Position numbers and translations under genes: made by a program. Positions 20,042 through 29,885 of a stretch of 64,000 nt of DNA are shown here, piece by piece. Numbering within the stretch: the stretch's first letter is position 1; each line of letters opens with the position of its first letter. Source of the DNA: an uncultured Clostridia bacterium (GTDB lineage: Bacteria; Bacillota; Clostridia; TANB77; CAG-508); assembly GCA_934130935.1 (NCBI GenBank), contig CAKOYQ010000001.1, forward strand, positions 168,003 through 232,002, given 5' to 3'. The notes beneath the pieces are model-generated. The model worked only from the letters and a program-made list of their open reading frames with translations. It had not been told where the DNA came from and ran no database searches.

Positions 20042-21040
20042 CTAACTCCTCATATTTTTTAGCTTGGGTAAAATAAACAAAAATCTATACATCTTTAATT
20101 TTAATAAAATATATTCAAATGTGTATTTTTTTGATCTTTTCATCATTTTTATAAAATTATATTTTTTAAAATCAAATTTTATATTTTTTAATATCTCTTT
20201 TTTCTCTTTATATTGTTTGTTAAATTGTTTTGAATTAAATTGTATTATAATCGCATTAAGAAAATCTCTTATTTGTACTAAATTATATTTTTCATTTTCT
20301 AAACAATTTTTATTATAACATAAAATTTTAAATTCATCTAACAGTTTTATTGTATTATTAATTCTTTCTTCATTATATTTTGTAGAAGTACTAAATCCAT
20401 CACGTATATAATGATTATAATACACTTTATCACTTATAACCAATTTAGTTATTTTATTTATTACTTTATAGTTGAAATCTATATCTTCTCCACCTTTTTT
20501 AAATTCACTATCAAAAAAAGGTACAATATTTTTTTTATAAATTCCATCCCATACGCAAACTAATATTTTATCATATATTAAATCCAATACATTATTTTTT
20601 ATTTTATTTCCATCTAGTATTTGAAATTCATAATTTTTAACATCAGTCTTTAATATATTTTCATCATTCAAATATAATGTCTTTCTTCCAAATTTAAGCA
20701 TGTCAGCATCATGTTTTTTTATCATCTCATAACATTCTTGTAACATATTTTCTTCTATAATATCATCATTATCTGCAAACATAATATACTCGCCTTTGGC
20801 TACTTCAATCCCTTTATTTCTTGTTTTACAAATTCCTTCATTTTTTTTGTGTATAACTTTTATTCTTTTGTCTTTTTGTGCGATTTCATCACAAATTTCA
20901 CCGCTATGATCTGTTGAACCATCATTGATCAATATTAATTCAAAATTTTCAAATGTTTGATTCAATATACTATCTATTGTCTCTTTAAGATACTTTTCCG
21001 AATTATATACTGGTACAATTATACTTATAGCTCTATCCAT
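20042..21040 (-). CDS. family 2 glycosyltransferase
   Basis: ISIIVPVYNSEKYLKETIDSILNQTFENFELILINDGSTD. Confidence 0.85.
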   Translation of the reverse strand: MDRAISIIVPVYNSEKYLKETIDSILNQTFENFELILINDGSTDHSGEICDEIAQKDKRIKVIHKKNEGICKTRNKGIEVAKGEYIMFADNDDIIEENMLQECYEMIKKHDADMLKFGRKTLYLNDENILKTDVKNYEFQILDGNKIKNNVLDLIYDKILVCVWDGIYKKNIVPFFDSEFKKGGEDIDFNYKVINKITKLVISDKVYYNHYIRDGFSTSTKYNEERINNTIKLLDEFKILCYNKNCLENEKYNLVQIRDFLNAIIIQFNSKQFNKQYKEKKEILKNIKFDFKKYNFIKMMKRSKKYTFEYILLKLKMYRFLFILPKLKNMRS

Positions 21041-22209
21041 TATCTCACCTTATTCTTTATTTTTTCAAAAACGCCAATTTTATACAAACAATTTTTCAAT
21101 TTCCCTTTAAATATAGTTTTATTTAAATTGTTTCTAAAATTCTTACGGATTTTCATTTTATCAATTTTATTATAAAATTTTATTTTGTTTTCATGTTTTT
21201 TTATTGGTTTCATTAACAACTTATTGTTTTCTATAGCTCTATTCTTGTCAACATTTTCAATCATAACAGTATCATTTATTTTTTCTAGTATTTCTTTTCC
21301 TTTTTCTGTATTAATAATAACTAAAGATATACCTTTATTTTTAGATTTTTCTTTTTGTTCTTTAGTTGCTCCCCATAAATCTCCAATTATAATATCAGCA
21401 TTATGACCATTTCCTTTATACTGACAATTATAACACGACTCTCTATACATTAATCCCTCTAGAAATGCAACAACATATTCATCACTATTAAATGACATAT
21501 TTTTAGATTTTTTTCCATTTTCAAATTCATAAACTGCCAATGGTGACTCCCAAGATATTTCTTTATTTCTAAAATTTGCTTTTATCATTTTTGAATTATA
21601 TTTTTTTTCGATATCATTTTTATATTTCTGCCACACTCGATTTGATGGCACTCCCTCACAGATTAGAGCACAAGTATATAAGTTTTCATTATTACCCACA
21701 TATCCTTTTACAGCTGCAATTTGACATGGAGTACCAGTAAATAATATTTTTGTATATTTCGTTTTTTCTTTTACAATTTTTACAACATCTTTTAAATCAC
21801 TTTGAACATATTTTGATCCTCTCATTTTATCTACTACTTCTTTGGAACTAGCACATATATGAATTGGTTCCATATTATTTGACCATATACAACCAACAAT
21901 CTCTCCACCCACTTCAATAAACCCATTTGAAATTGCGGGGAATATAGCACCAGAACTACTTTTTAAACATTCATCAATTTTCTTATTGTACATTCCATAC
22001 CATTCTTTAATTAAAAGATCATTTTTTTCTTCAAAATTCAAATATGGACAAGCCTTGTCACATCTTCCACAATTAATACATTTATTCTTATCTATACTGG
22101 GTACCAAAAAACCCTCTTCATTTTCAATCATTTTAATAGCTTGAACAGGACAAATATTCTCACAATTTCTACAACCATAACAATTTTTATAAAAATCAAA
22201 GTTTATCAT
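21040..22209 (-). CDS. FrhB-like (coenzyme F420 hydrogenase/dehydrogenase beta-like) Fe-S protein
   Basis: Two N-terminal CxxCxxCxxxCP ferredoxin motifs. This is the classic partner of polysaccharide pyruvyl transferases. Confidence 0.6.
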   Translation of the reverse strand: MINFDFYKNCYGCRNCENICPVQAIKMIENEEGFLVPSIDKNKCINCGRCDKACPYLNFEEKNDLLIKEWYGMYNKKIDECLKSSSGAIFPAISNGFIEVGGEIVGCIWSNNMEPIHICASSKEVVDKMRGSKYVQSDLKDVVKIVKEKTKYTKILFTGTPCQIAAVKGYVGNNENLYTCALICEGVPSNRVWQKYKNDIEKKYNSKMIKANFRNKEISWESPLAVYEFENGKKSKNMSFNSDEYVVAFLEGLMYRESCYNCQYKGNGHNADIIIGDLWGATKEQKEKSKNKGISLVIINTEKGKEILEKINDTVMIENVDKNRAIENNKLLMKPIKKHENKIKFYNKIDKMKIRKNFRNNLNKTIFKGKLKNCLYKIGVFEKIKNKVR

Positions 22210-23317
22210 AATTTACCGCTTTCTTTAAGAAATCAAATGATTTATTTCTCTCATTTTCAATTATTTTATTAACTTTTCGATAATCAATTTTTTTATCTAT
22301 TAAATTTAATTCATCAAAATCCACAACTTTTCTTTCCTGTAAGTTAGTTAAGTCCAATATACTTTGAAGTCTAGTACTAAATTTATCAGGAAAAATACAA
22401 ACAAATTTCTTGTTGAAATTTATTGCAAATGCAGTTGCATGAAATGAATCAGTGACTATATATTTCGCATTTATAAAATAGCTTAAAAATTCTTCTATTG
22501 AAGGGCAATTAATAAATTTTCCATATTTTAATCTCTGATACCCAACATTAGAAACTCTTATTGCAGGTATTTTCTTTTTCTTCGACAAATCCTTTACATA
22601 TTTATCAAATTTAGGATTATTGGTATTTAATTGATATACTAAAATATATTTTTCTTTTTCCTTTATATTTACTTTTAATTTTTCCCATTCTTTCATATTT
22701 AGCATTAAAGTTGGATCTAATACATGTTCAACCTGCTCTATTCCTAAATCATTAATTATTTTCTTTGCTGATTCTTCCCTTACAGACAAATATTTATATT
22801 TGCTTAGTAATTCTTTGGTTATTTCTTTTTCGTTTTCATCTAATTGAGTTTTCCCAAATGATGATGCATATGATATTCTAGTCTTATTTTCTGGAACAAA
22901 ATCCAAATAAAATGCTTTTTCTATTCCTTTATTCCACTCACTATTCCAAACTTGATCTGAACCAGTACAATAAATGTCAGCTTCAGGTAAATTTTCTTTC
23001 AGTTCTTCATTCGAATAATATTTTAAAGCTGTTAAATTTATATTTTTTTGTAAAAAATCATTAAATTTATTGCACTGTTTTTTTATTGAATCAGCCAACA
23101 ACATTCTCCCAATAAATTTTGTAAAAATATTTTTAGAAAATATCTTTGATGAGTTTATTCTATTATCTATTAAATTAGCTTCTATTTGATCTTTTCTATA
23201 ATAATCTATTGCTTCTACTTCACAATTTAACTTTTCCAATATCATTTGAGTTGCATATGTTTGTAAAACTGATCCATAGTTTTTTACATTATGCATAGTT
23301 ATAACATCAATTTTCAT
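22196..23317 (-). CDS. polysaccharide pyruvyl transferase family protein
   Basis: N-terminal ITMHNVKNYGSVLQTYA and C-terminal VTDSFHATAFAI motifs. Confidence 0.7.
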   Translation of the reverse strand: MKIDVITMHNVKNYGSVLQTYATQMILEKLNCEVEAIDYYRKDQIEANLIDNRINSSKIFSKNIFTKFIGRMLLADSIKKQCNKFNDFLQKNINLTALKYYSNEELKENLPEADIYCTGSDQVWNSEWNKGIEKAFYLDFVPENKTRISYASSFGKTQLDENEKEITKELLSKYKYLSVREESAKKIINDLGIEQVEHVLDPTLMLNMKEWEKLKVNIKEKEKYILVYQLNTNNPKFDKYVKDLSKKKKIPAIRVSNVGYQRLKYGKFINCPSIEEFLSYFINAKYIVTDSFHATAFAINFNKKFVCIFPDKFSTRLQSILDLTNLQERKVVDFDELNLIDKKIDYRKVNKIIENERNKSFDFLKKAVNYDKL

Positions 23318-24131
23318 CTTTTTTCTCCATATCTTTATATCTAATCTTATTTATTTTTTTTAATAATTTCTTAGGCATAATACCAGATAATATTGGTTTG
23401 AATATATATATATATCCCTTTGGCATAAGTTTTAATTCTTTAAAATCTTCTAACCTTAACCAAAATTCATCTATCCTATATCTAAATTTTCTTTTGCTAT
23501 ATCCATACATATCTTCATTATACTGGTATAAATTTTCTTGTATATTATAGCCTATATACCCTTTGGCATATAATCTCATAAACAAGTCATAATCTTCTGT
23601 TCTTCTTGTTTTTTTCTCAGATCTGTACCCATTTACTTCATCCATACATTTTTTTGTTAGAATCATAGCTGGATGTGGAAATTGATTTCCACATAAAAAA
23701 TCCTCTTTTTGTGGTTTTTCTTTATGTTTTCTGCATCCCCAAACACCATCTTTATCAAATAATTCAATGTTACAACCAACAAAATCATATTCTTTATTCT
23801 TTTTTAAGAATTCTATTTCTTTTTCAAATCTATCCTTTTTAGAAATATCATCATCATCTTGTCTTGCAATATATTTTCCAGTTGCTTTTCCCAAACAATT
23901 ATTTAATGATGCAGCAAGTCCCATATTTTTAGTATTTCTAATTACCATAATCCTTTTGTCTTTTTCTTTATATTCTAACAATATTTTTTGAATTTCTAAA
24001 TTTGAAAAATCATCACAAATAATAAACTCAAAGTTCTCATAAGATTGAGTTAATATTGATTCTATTGATTTCTTTAACATTTCAATATCTCTAGGATTAT
24101 AAACTCCCATTATAACTGATATTTTATCCAT
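23307..24131 (-). CDS. family 2 glycosyltransferase
   Basis: ISVIMGVYNPRD...SYENFEFIICDDFS and a QDDDD acceptor/DxD region. Confidence 0.8.
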   Translation of the reverse strand: MDKISVIMGVYNPRDIEMLKKSIESILTQSYENFEFIICDDFSNLEIQKILLEYKEKDKRIMVIRNTKNMGLAASLNNCLGKATGKYIARQDDDDISKKDRFEKEIEFLKKNKEYDFVGCNIELFDKDGVWGCRKHKEKPQKEDFLCGNQFPHPAMILTKKCMDEVNGYRSEKKTRRTEDYDLFMRLYAKGYIGYNIQENLYQYNEDMYGYSKRKFRYRIDEFWLRLEDFKELKLMPKGYIYIFKPILSGIMPKKLLKKINKIRYKDMEKKDEN

Positions 24132-24961
24132 TTTCTTGTATATATTTCCCTTTTATATTATTCTTATAATCTTTAATTCCTTTATGAAAGGCTTTAAAAT
24201 GATTTTTTTTATTTTCAAATAGTAATAATATTTTTAAATATTTTACCAAAACAATAATTAATGCTCTAATACTTTTATAGTCACGAACAATGTACATTAG
24301 GTTTCTCACTTGATAATACATTCTTTGTTCACTCATAAATCCATATTTATATTTTAATCCTAATATATTTTTTTCTTTTGTTATTCCAGGATTGTGTATA
24401 AGTAATGCATTATTGCACTGTAAAATTTTAAATTTTTTTCTTCTTGCTCTTAAACAATATTCATAATCTACAGCATCTATAAAAAATTCTTCTTTAAATT
24501 TTCCAACTTTTTGATGCAGTTCTAAATTCAATAAATTTCCACTTGTCATTGTCCAATACATTTCTATTGCATCTTTTTTATATTTTTTTTCTTTTTTTCT
24601 CTCTATAAGGTATTTAGGAGAATAAATTATAACATCATCTCTTTCATTATATATATATATATCTATTATATTGTTTGCACATTTACTATCTTGATCCATT
24701 GTTAATACATATTTATACCCGTAATTTTATTGCACATTTTATTCCTTCATTCAATCCTTTCCCAATTCCTTGATTTCCATTTAAGCTAATATATTCTATT
24801 TTCTCATCTTTTAATTGGAATAAATCGTTTTTAATATCAGAATTATCAACAATTATAACTTTGTCTACATATTCTATATAACTGTTAAAATTCTTTATCA
24901 ATTCATTTTTTTTTATATTATATGTTACTATAATCGCAGCTATATTATTTTTTTTTATCAT
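24124..24961 (-). pseudogene. rhamnosyltransferase-like GT2 gene broken by a 1-nt frameshift
   Basis: The 82-aa ORF (IIVTYN...NQGIGKGLNEGIKCAIKL) and the 191-aa ORF (MDQDS...DYEYCLRARR) are the two halves of one GT2. The frame-B reading NYGYKYVLTMDQDS continues directly from AIK. Confidence 0.75.
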
Positions 24962-24981
24962 TTTCAGCTATATGATGATTA

Positions 24982-26070
24982 TCATATTCTCCTTTCGTTA
25001 TATATGTTTGAATATTTTTTTACCATTTTCTCTATATTGAACCTATTTTTTATGTCATTTTTAGCATTTCTTAGTATTTCTTCATTATTTTTAGTTTTAA
25101 AAACAATATTATTTATAATTTTTATATTTTCATTCAAATCCTTTGCAATATAACCATTCTCTCCGTTTTTTATAACATCTCTATTGCCGATGCAGTCACT
25201 AACAATGCAAATTTTCTTAAGATACATAGCCTCAAGTAAAGATATAGGTAAGCCTTCCCATAAAGAACAAAGAATAAAAACATCTTGTTCATTAAGAATT
25301 CTTAAAACCTCATTTCTTGTTTTCCACCCAGTTATTTCAATATTAGAACTTGTTAATTTGTCTCTCAATTCTCCGTCACCAATCCAAGTAAAATGAACAT
25401 CTGGAAAACATTCTGCAACCTTGTTAAACATATCAGGATTTTTTTGATATCCAATTCTACCAACAGTACAAACTTTAAGTTTTTTTAAATCTATCTCTTT
25501 TTCTTTAAATTCTGCTATTTCCTCTTCTAATTTTTTAACATCAATTCCATTATTTATATGAACAGAGTTCTTATTTAACTTTCTTGCCTCCTCATATTCT
25601 CCTTTTGAACAACCTACAATCGTACATCTTTTGTTAAATGTAGCCATTGCCTTTTCAATTAACCAATATATAGTTCTTTTAGTTTTTGAGTCATCTTGTT
25701 TCAAAAAAGAAAAACCATGTGGGTTATAAAACATTTTTACTCTATTTCCATTTGCAGCCAATCTCCCTAATACCCCTGCTTTAGAAGAATGTAAATGCAC
25801 TATGTCTGGTTTTTCCTTTTTTATTATATTTTTTATTTCTTTTAATGCTTTAAAATCTTTTTGTGGACTTATGTTCCTTGTAAAATTTTTAACTTCAACG
25901 AATTTTACTCTATTACTAAAATAAGCCTGAAAATTTTTTTCTGTTTCCTCTCTGACTCCATATGCTACTGTAATTTCAAAATCGCTATCTGTTCTGTTAA
26001 TCAAATCAACTAAAAAACTAAAAACTCCACTTCCAAAGGATTCTACTACATGTAATACCTTCTTTTTCAA
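24982..26070 (-). CDS. GT-B fold glycosyltransferase (family 4/1)
   Basis: C-terminal SLWEGLPISLLEAM motif (EX7E type). Confidence 0.8.
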   Translation of the reverse strand: MKKKVLHVVESFGSGVFSFLVDLINRTDSDFEITVAYGVREETEKNFQAYFSNRVKFVEVKNFTRNISPQKDFKALKEIKNIIKKEKPDIVHLHSSKAGVLGRLAANGNRVKMFYNPHGFSFLKQDDSKTKRTIYWLIEKAMATFNKRCTIVGCSKGEYEEARKLNKNSVHINNGIDVKKLEEEIAEFKEKEIDLKKLKVCTVGRIGYQKNPDMFNKVAECFPDVHFTWIGDGELRDKLTSSNIEITGWKTRNEVLRILNEQDVFILCSLWEGLPISLLEAMYLKKICIVSDCIGNRDVIKNGENGYIAKDLNENIKIINNIVFKTKNNEEILRNAKNDIKNRFNIEKMVKKYSNIYNERRI

Positions 26071-26769
26071 TCACACTGCTCCTCTTCTATTTAAAACTGC
26101 TCCAATAGTCTTAAAAAAAACTTTAACATCCAATTTAAAAGATAAATTATCTATGTAAAACAACTCCATCTGCATACGTTGCTCATAACTTGTACAACTT
26201 CTTCCATTAGCTGCCCAATATCCTGTAAGACCAGGAGTAACGCTCAAAAACTTTCTTATGTTAGTTCCGTATTTTTTCAACTCATTTGCAACAACAGGTC
26301 TTGGTCCAACAATAGCCAAATCACCTTTTAATATATTAATTAGCTGTGGTAATTCATCTAGGCTTGTCTTTCTTAAAAACTTTCCTACTTTAGTAATTCG
26401 AGGATCATTTGATAATTTATAGTTTTCCTCGTATTCTTTCATTTGCTCTGGAGTAAATCTTTTTATTAAATCTTCTGCATTTTCAACCATTGTTCTAAAT
26501 TTATATATTTTAATAATTTTTCCATCTTTACCAATTCTAGTATGTTTAAAAAATACTGGTCCTTTTGAGTCTAACTTTATTGCTAAAGCTATTATTGCAA
26601 AAAAAGGCAATAACCCAACTAATGAAGTTAAAGATAATATTATATCAGTTGTTCTTTTTACAATTCTATAGGGTATCTTTGGGTCTAAAATTTCTTTATA
26701 TCTTTTTGTGGGTAATTTCAAAATTGAAACATTACCAACCATTTTCTCACTTGTTATATCAACATTCAC
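26071..26769 (-). CDS. undecaprenyl-phosphate sugar phosphotransferase (priming 'bacterial sugar transferase')
   Basis: One TM, then KFRTM...DELPQLINILKGDLAIVGPRP. Confidence 0.85.
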   Translation of the reverse strand: MNVDITSEKMVGNVSILKLPTKRYKEILDPKIPYRIVKRTTDIILSLTSLVGLLPFFAIIALAIKLDSKGPVFFKHTRIGKDGKIIKIYKFRTMVENAEDLIKRFTPEQMKEYEENYKLSNDPRITKVGKFLRKTSLDELPQLINILKGDLAIVGPRPVVANELKKYGTNIRKFLSVTPGLTGYWAANGRSCTSYEQRMQMELFYIDNLSFKLDVKVFFKTIGAVLNRRGAV

Positions 26770-26810
26770 TTTTGTTTCTCCCCTTCAAATTAGCTCTTGT
26801 ATTTTGTCAA

Positions 26811-27284
26811 CTACTGTTTAATCTCTATTGCTTTTCTCATAATTAAATATATCCCAATCCCTGTAACAATCCCCAATGCATCTATGCACACATCAAAAAT
26901 CCTTGCACTTCTTCCTGCCACAAAAAATTGGTGTAACTCATCTGTAACAGCATAGCCAATTCCAAAAGCTGTACTATAAAATACTTTTTCTTTTGTTTTT
27001 CGGTTAGTTGTATATGCATAGTTCATTATTAAAAAGCCACCAACCGCATAAATAGTATAATGAGCCAATTTTCTTATAATCTTTTCTATGTTCTCAAGTA
27101 AAGGCTCATCCTCCTCTATTGTTCTATCTGATACTACTTGTACAACTGCAACTGTGACTTTTCTACTTGTATTACTTGATTTTGTTCCTCCTTGGTTAGA
27201 AAAACAAAATACTATTACCATCCATACTATAATTAATGTTATTTTTATTATTCTAATTTGTATTTTCTTGTCGAATTTTTTCAT
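26811..27284 (-). CDS. VanZ-like membrane protein
   Basis: 157 aa with 4 TM segments and a KLAHYTIYAVGGFL motif. Confidence 0.55.
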   Translation of the reverse strand: MKKFDKKIQIRIIKITLIIVWMVIVFCFSNQGGTKSSNTSRKVTVAVVQVVSDRTIEEDEPLLENIEKIIRKLAHYTIYAVGGFLIMNYAYTTNRKTKEKVFYSTAFGIGYAVTDELHQFFVAGRSARIFDVCIDALGIVTGIGIYLIMRKAIEIKQ

Positions 27285-27370
27285 ATCAAATTTAATATAC
27301 CATTACAAGAAAAAATTTTCAATACTTTATACAAAAAACTTTTTTACTTTATCAATGTAATTTTTCCCAT

Positions 27371-27409
27371 AAAAAAAGAAGCTACATTAAAACATTTTTG
27401 TTTAATGTA
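27371..27409 (-). terminator. rho-independent terminator of hpf
   Basis: On the minus strand, the ACATTAAACA/TGTTTTAATGT hairpin is followed by a T-run (A7 on the plus strand at 27371-27377). Confidence 0.6.
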
Positions 27410-27425
27410 ACATCTTTTTTTATCT

Positions 27426-27950
27426 TTAAGCCTCTGGCTCAATTAATCCAAAATTTTTACCATCTTTTAATTTATGAATAACATTTACCTTATTAGTTTC
27501 AACATTAACAAATGTAAAAAACATTTGAGAAGCTCTTTCTTGTAACTTTAGTTTTGCATCTTCTGGAGTCATAGGTTTGATTTCATAATATTCCGTCTTT
27601 AAAATTTCATCAGTAACTTCATGAACTTTTTCTTCAACTCCTAATGCTTTTAAACTAGAATCCTTCATCATTTTTTCTTTTTTAGTTTTAGCTTTTCTAA
27701 TTTGTCCTTCTAATATATCTATATCTTTATCTATAGATGCATATAGGTCTTTATCTTCTGTAACTGCTCTAAACATTTCACCATTTGCTGATATTTTCAT
27801 TTCTGCTATTTGTGCTGTTTTTTCTACTCTGATAGTAATATCTGCATCTGCATCTTCAAAGTATTTGGCAATTCTCTCCATTTTTCTTTCTACATAGTCG
27901 TTTATTGCTTCTGTTACCTTTAGTTCCTTTCCTGTTATTTTTATTTGCAT
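27426..27950 (-). CDS. hpf: ribosome hibernation promoting factor (long form)
   Basis: MQIKITGKELKVTEAINDYVERK N-terminal domain plus a C-terminal dimerisation domain. Confidence 0.9.
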   Translation of the reverse strand: MQIKITGKELKVTEAINDYVERKMERIAKYFEDADADITIRVEKTAQIAEMKISANGEMFRAVTEDKDLYASIDKDIDILEGQIRKAKTKKEKMMKDSSLKALGVEEKVHEVTDEILKTEYYEIKPMTPEDAKLKLQERASQMFFTFVNVETNKVNVIHKLKDGKNFGLIEPEA

Positions 27951-27992
27951 AAAAATCGCTCCTTTCTTTTTAGTATATTTACATTATATCTT

Positions 27993-29753
27993 CTATTTAC
28001 TTTTTTGGCAAGAGTTTAATAAAAATTTTGCACAGTTCAATTTTAACGGAAGCCTCCGGCCACCTCCGCCACCTCCGAAGGAGCCTCCTCCTCCGCCACC
28101 TGAAGAAAATCCTCCTCCTCCAGACGAATAACTTTCTGCTCTAATCCTAGCTGATTGTGCTACAGCTATCCCTCTATGAGAACTTGTATTTATAAACATA
28201 ATATAATCATAAGATGTAAAGTTTGATTGTTCAATTACATCTGGATATATATCTTTAAATTGTTTAGCAACTTTTCGTGCTATTCCCATAATTTGAGCAA
28301 AAATCATGTATTCTTCAAATAATTGTACTTCAACCGCTTCTCTTTCTCTTATGAGTGTATACTCATTCAAATATCTTTTTAATCCCGCAAGTTCAAGTGC
28401 TTCTTGTTTTAACTCATGTGTCGCTATATATTTTTTATTTTTAAATATCCTTAATATTGATGTTTCATCTTTTTCTTCAATTAATCCTTCTTTTACAAGT
28501 TTTGCTCTCTCATCATCTATTATTTCATCAAACCAAGAAAGAATTTCTGAATAGCTATCTTGGCACCACTTTTCAAATTCTTTACTCTCTAAATATCCAT
28601 CTTTACTTGCTTCATATAACATATTGAATAATTCTTTTTCCCTTGGTTCTGAAAACATTTCTGATTTAGTTTCTGTTAAAACAATAACTGTATTCTCTTT
28701 TTTAAATATTACACCTGTCTCTTTTTCTTCGATCCTGATTATACCGTCTTTTATCCATTTTAAAATTATTGCACCTAATATGTCCGTCTTTCCTTTGATT
28801 ATATTGTATTGATACCCTATATAATAGGCTCTATATATATCTTTTTTGCATGGTATATCTCTAAAATATGGTACATCTTTTGGAATTTTTTTACCTTCTG
28901 TTCCGTAATTTAGTCCCTTTGCAAAATTTGATAAACCTCTTAATCCACAAAAAAGCACAGTCCATATAGCAAAAAAAATCACACCTATCAAAACAGCAAC
29001 TACATCTTCTGAATTTGAGTTCTTATATTTATTTGCCCCTTCTTCGGCCATATTATAATAATGTTCAAAATCATAGTCCAATTTATTTGTTGTATTAAAT
29101 GTTTCTAATGGAAATTTAACTAAAATCGTCATATACTCTTTAGTTGATAATTTTCCATCTGATTGCATTTCAATATATCCATCATATACATATGCTGTTC
29201 CGCCATAATTTCCATATCCCCAAACATCAGTTGTATCTGCAATATCAAAATTAGTATGAATCTTGACATATGCATTTCCTATCGGATTTGAAAATTCATA
29301 TGGTATTAAAGTCCAGTATATCATTTGTGCATCTGATGTTTCAGAAACAAAATTTGTAATTGTATATTTTGCAGTATAAGTATGTGAACCATATTCACTC
29401 ATTCCCCAACAAAGCTCGACTCCATTAAAAAGTTTATTTATTCCACTTTTATATGCCTTCTCTTCAAATGTTCCAGAAGAATCCCAATATGATAATTGTT
29501 CATATTCAGTATTTTCATCTGTTACCATTAAATCTTTTATTACTGAATTTTCCAAATTATAATATGGATGATATACTTCTGTTCCTTGTGTTACATCACA
29601 TTTCCAAATTTCTGTAACATGAGCATCTCCATAATCATCAACAAATATGTCCATAGCTATACTTTGTATTGAATTTGCTTCTACTTTATTTCCTATAGAA
29701 AATAGAACTAGAGCAAATAACAAAATTAATAATATTTTAAGTGTCTTTTTCAT
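27993..29753 (-). CDS. DUF2207-type membrane protein with Gly-rich C-terminus
   Basis: Signal peptide MKKTLKILLILLFALVL, central TM segments and an SSGGGGFSSGGGGGGSFGGGGGG tail. I place the start at ATG 29753 behind AAGGGGGA. Confidence 0.7.
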   Translation of the reverse strand: MKKTLKILLILLFALVLFSIGNKVEANSIQSIAMDIFVDDYGDAHVTEIWKCDVTQGTEVYHPYYNLENSVIKDLMVTDENTEYEQLSYWDSSGTFEEKAYKSGINKLFNGVELCWGMSEYGSHTYTAKYTITNFVSETSDAQMIYWTLIPYEFSNPIGNAYVKIHTNFDIADTTDVWGYGNYGGTAYVYDGYIEMQSDGKLSTKEYMTILVKFPLETFNTTNKLDYDFEHYYNMAEEGANKYKNSNSEDVVAVLIGVIFFAIWTVLFCGLRGLSNFAKGLNYGTEGKKIPKDVPYFRDIPCKKDIYRAYYIGYQYNIIKGKTDILGAIILKWIKDGIIRIEEKETGVIFKKENTVIVLTETKSEMFSEPREKELFNMLYEASKDGYLESKEFEKWCQDSYSEILSWFDEIIDDERAKLVKEGLIEEKDETSILRIFKNKKYIATHELKQEALELAGLKRYLNEYTLIREREAVEVQLFEEYMIFAQIMGIARKVAKQFKDIYPDVIEQSNFTSYDYIMFINTSSHRGIAVAQSARIRAESYSSGGGGFSSGGGGGGSFGGGGGGRRLPLKLNCAKFLLNSCQKSK

Positions 29754-29885
29754 AAGCATCCCCCTTTTTTTCAATTCGATTATCTCACACTGTTCAAACA
29801 ATATCAATACAATTTTTTATTTATTGATATTTCTCCAATTTTATGGGATAATATAGTCATTCAAAGGTTAGAAAGGATAAAAAAA

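Noticed and set aside
28047-28140. GGTGG/CCTCC-rich tandem-looking repeat
   Set aside because: It is simply the coding sequence of the Gly-rich C-terminal tail of the DUF2207 protein.
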